DNA from: Eledone cirrhosa
Taxonomy: Eukaryota
Assembly: GCA_964016885.1 (NCBI GenBank)
Contig: OZ024752.1
Location: forward strand, 28,396,001 to 28,460,000
Reading direction: 5' to 3'
Length of the DNA stretch: 64,000 bases
Shown piece by piece: positions 63,281 through 64,000 of the stretch. The stretch's first letter is position 1, and every line of letters begins with the position of its first letter. Made by a program: the position numbers and the translations under genes. A model generated the notes under the pieces. The model saw only the letters and a list, made by a program, of their open reading frames with translations, did not search any database and was not told the DNA's origin.

Positions 63281-64000
63281 TATAAATGTCAGTGTACGGG
63301 TGTTTGTGATAATGTTTTATATGCGTCTGTATGACAGTCCCCGCCATAAAAAAATCCCACTTTTTATATAATCTAATATTAATATATGAAAGAGATTTTT
63401 TTAGATTAACGATTGCATTTCATTACAAGATTTTTAAAAAGTCTTTGACCTAAAGTGGAGGTCTTAGTCCTTCATTCATAATGGGACATTTCTGTCGGAT
63501 TCAAGTTTGTCGATTTTAGCAAATTATTTTAATAGACAGAACATTTTTTTCAATTACAGAATTTCTCTACTGATGTTTTTGATATTTTTGTTTTTTATAA
63601 ATTTAATTTCACTGCAGAATAGAAATAAATTTAATTGTAAATTTTAATGATTTAGAATTGTTTAATTTTTTTGTTTTTCTTGTGTCACGTAAAGATTTGT
63701 TGTTTTGTTAAATTATACTGTGCTACAATGGTTTGGTCTGCAATAAGATTAAATAAATAAATAAAAAGCCAGCTTGAAGGAAGAATTAAACACATTTAAG
63801 ACAAAATGTCTGGCGCATGTAAAAAAGAAGAAATCACAAAAAACATCCTGGTTAACTATGAGAAAATGGCAAGGACGAAAATTATAATCTTTCTGCAGCT
63901 GTTAATGCGACAATTAATAGTGATTCAACTGTTTTTTAGTCACTGTCTGTGCACCAACATTGACTCTTGAGACCGACATATTTTAACATAGCTCGGCTAT

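Noticed and set aside
63370-64000. Possible Helitron or other transposon end
   Set aside because: Only a vague TC..ATAT start in AT-rich DNA, cut off by the window end.

Overview
Repeat-dominated animal genomic DNA, almost certainly from a coleoid cephalopod (octopus-like). The only host gene is a complete 6-exon S-crystallin (sigma-class GST-derived lens protein; 29680-38404, +, 215 aa), assembled by eye from GT-AG junctions and including the 30-nt micro-exon for the crystallin-specific loop. The rest is microsatellites, tRNA-derived SINEs (mainly one Nin-domain-like family), Tx1/L1-clade, R4/Dong, RTE and Penelope retroelement relics, and a deleted Tc1/mariner element. Most entries in the ORF track are microsatellite artefacts. 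The main signal these features do not explain is a dense set of minimal type I hammerhead ribozyme (HHR) motifs: about 18 with intact core boxes and about 10 degenerate ones, from roughly ten unrelated sequence families. They lie in short ORF-less elements next to (TA)n tracts, many as outward-facing inverted pairs. One is a near-identical 6 x 312-bp tandem array with one HHR per unit (retrozyme-like, 55748-57658). A decayed Penelope RT/GIY-YIG element nearby represents the likely mobilising family. All structures were read by eye; no folding program or database search was run. Repeat boundaries are approximate.
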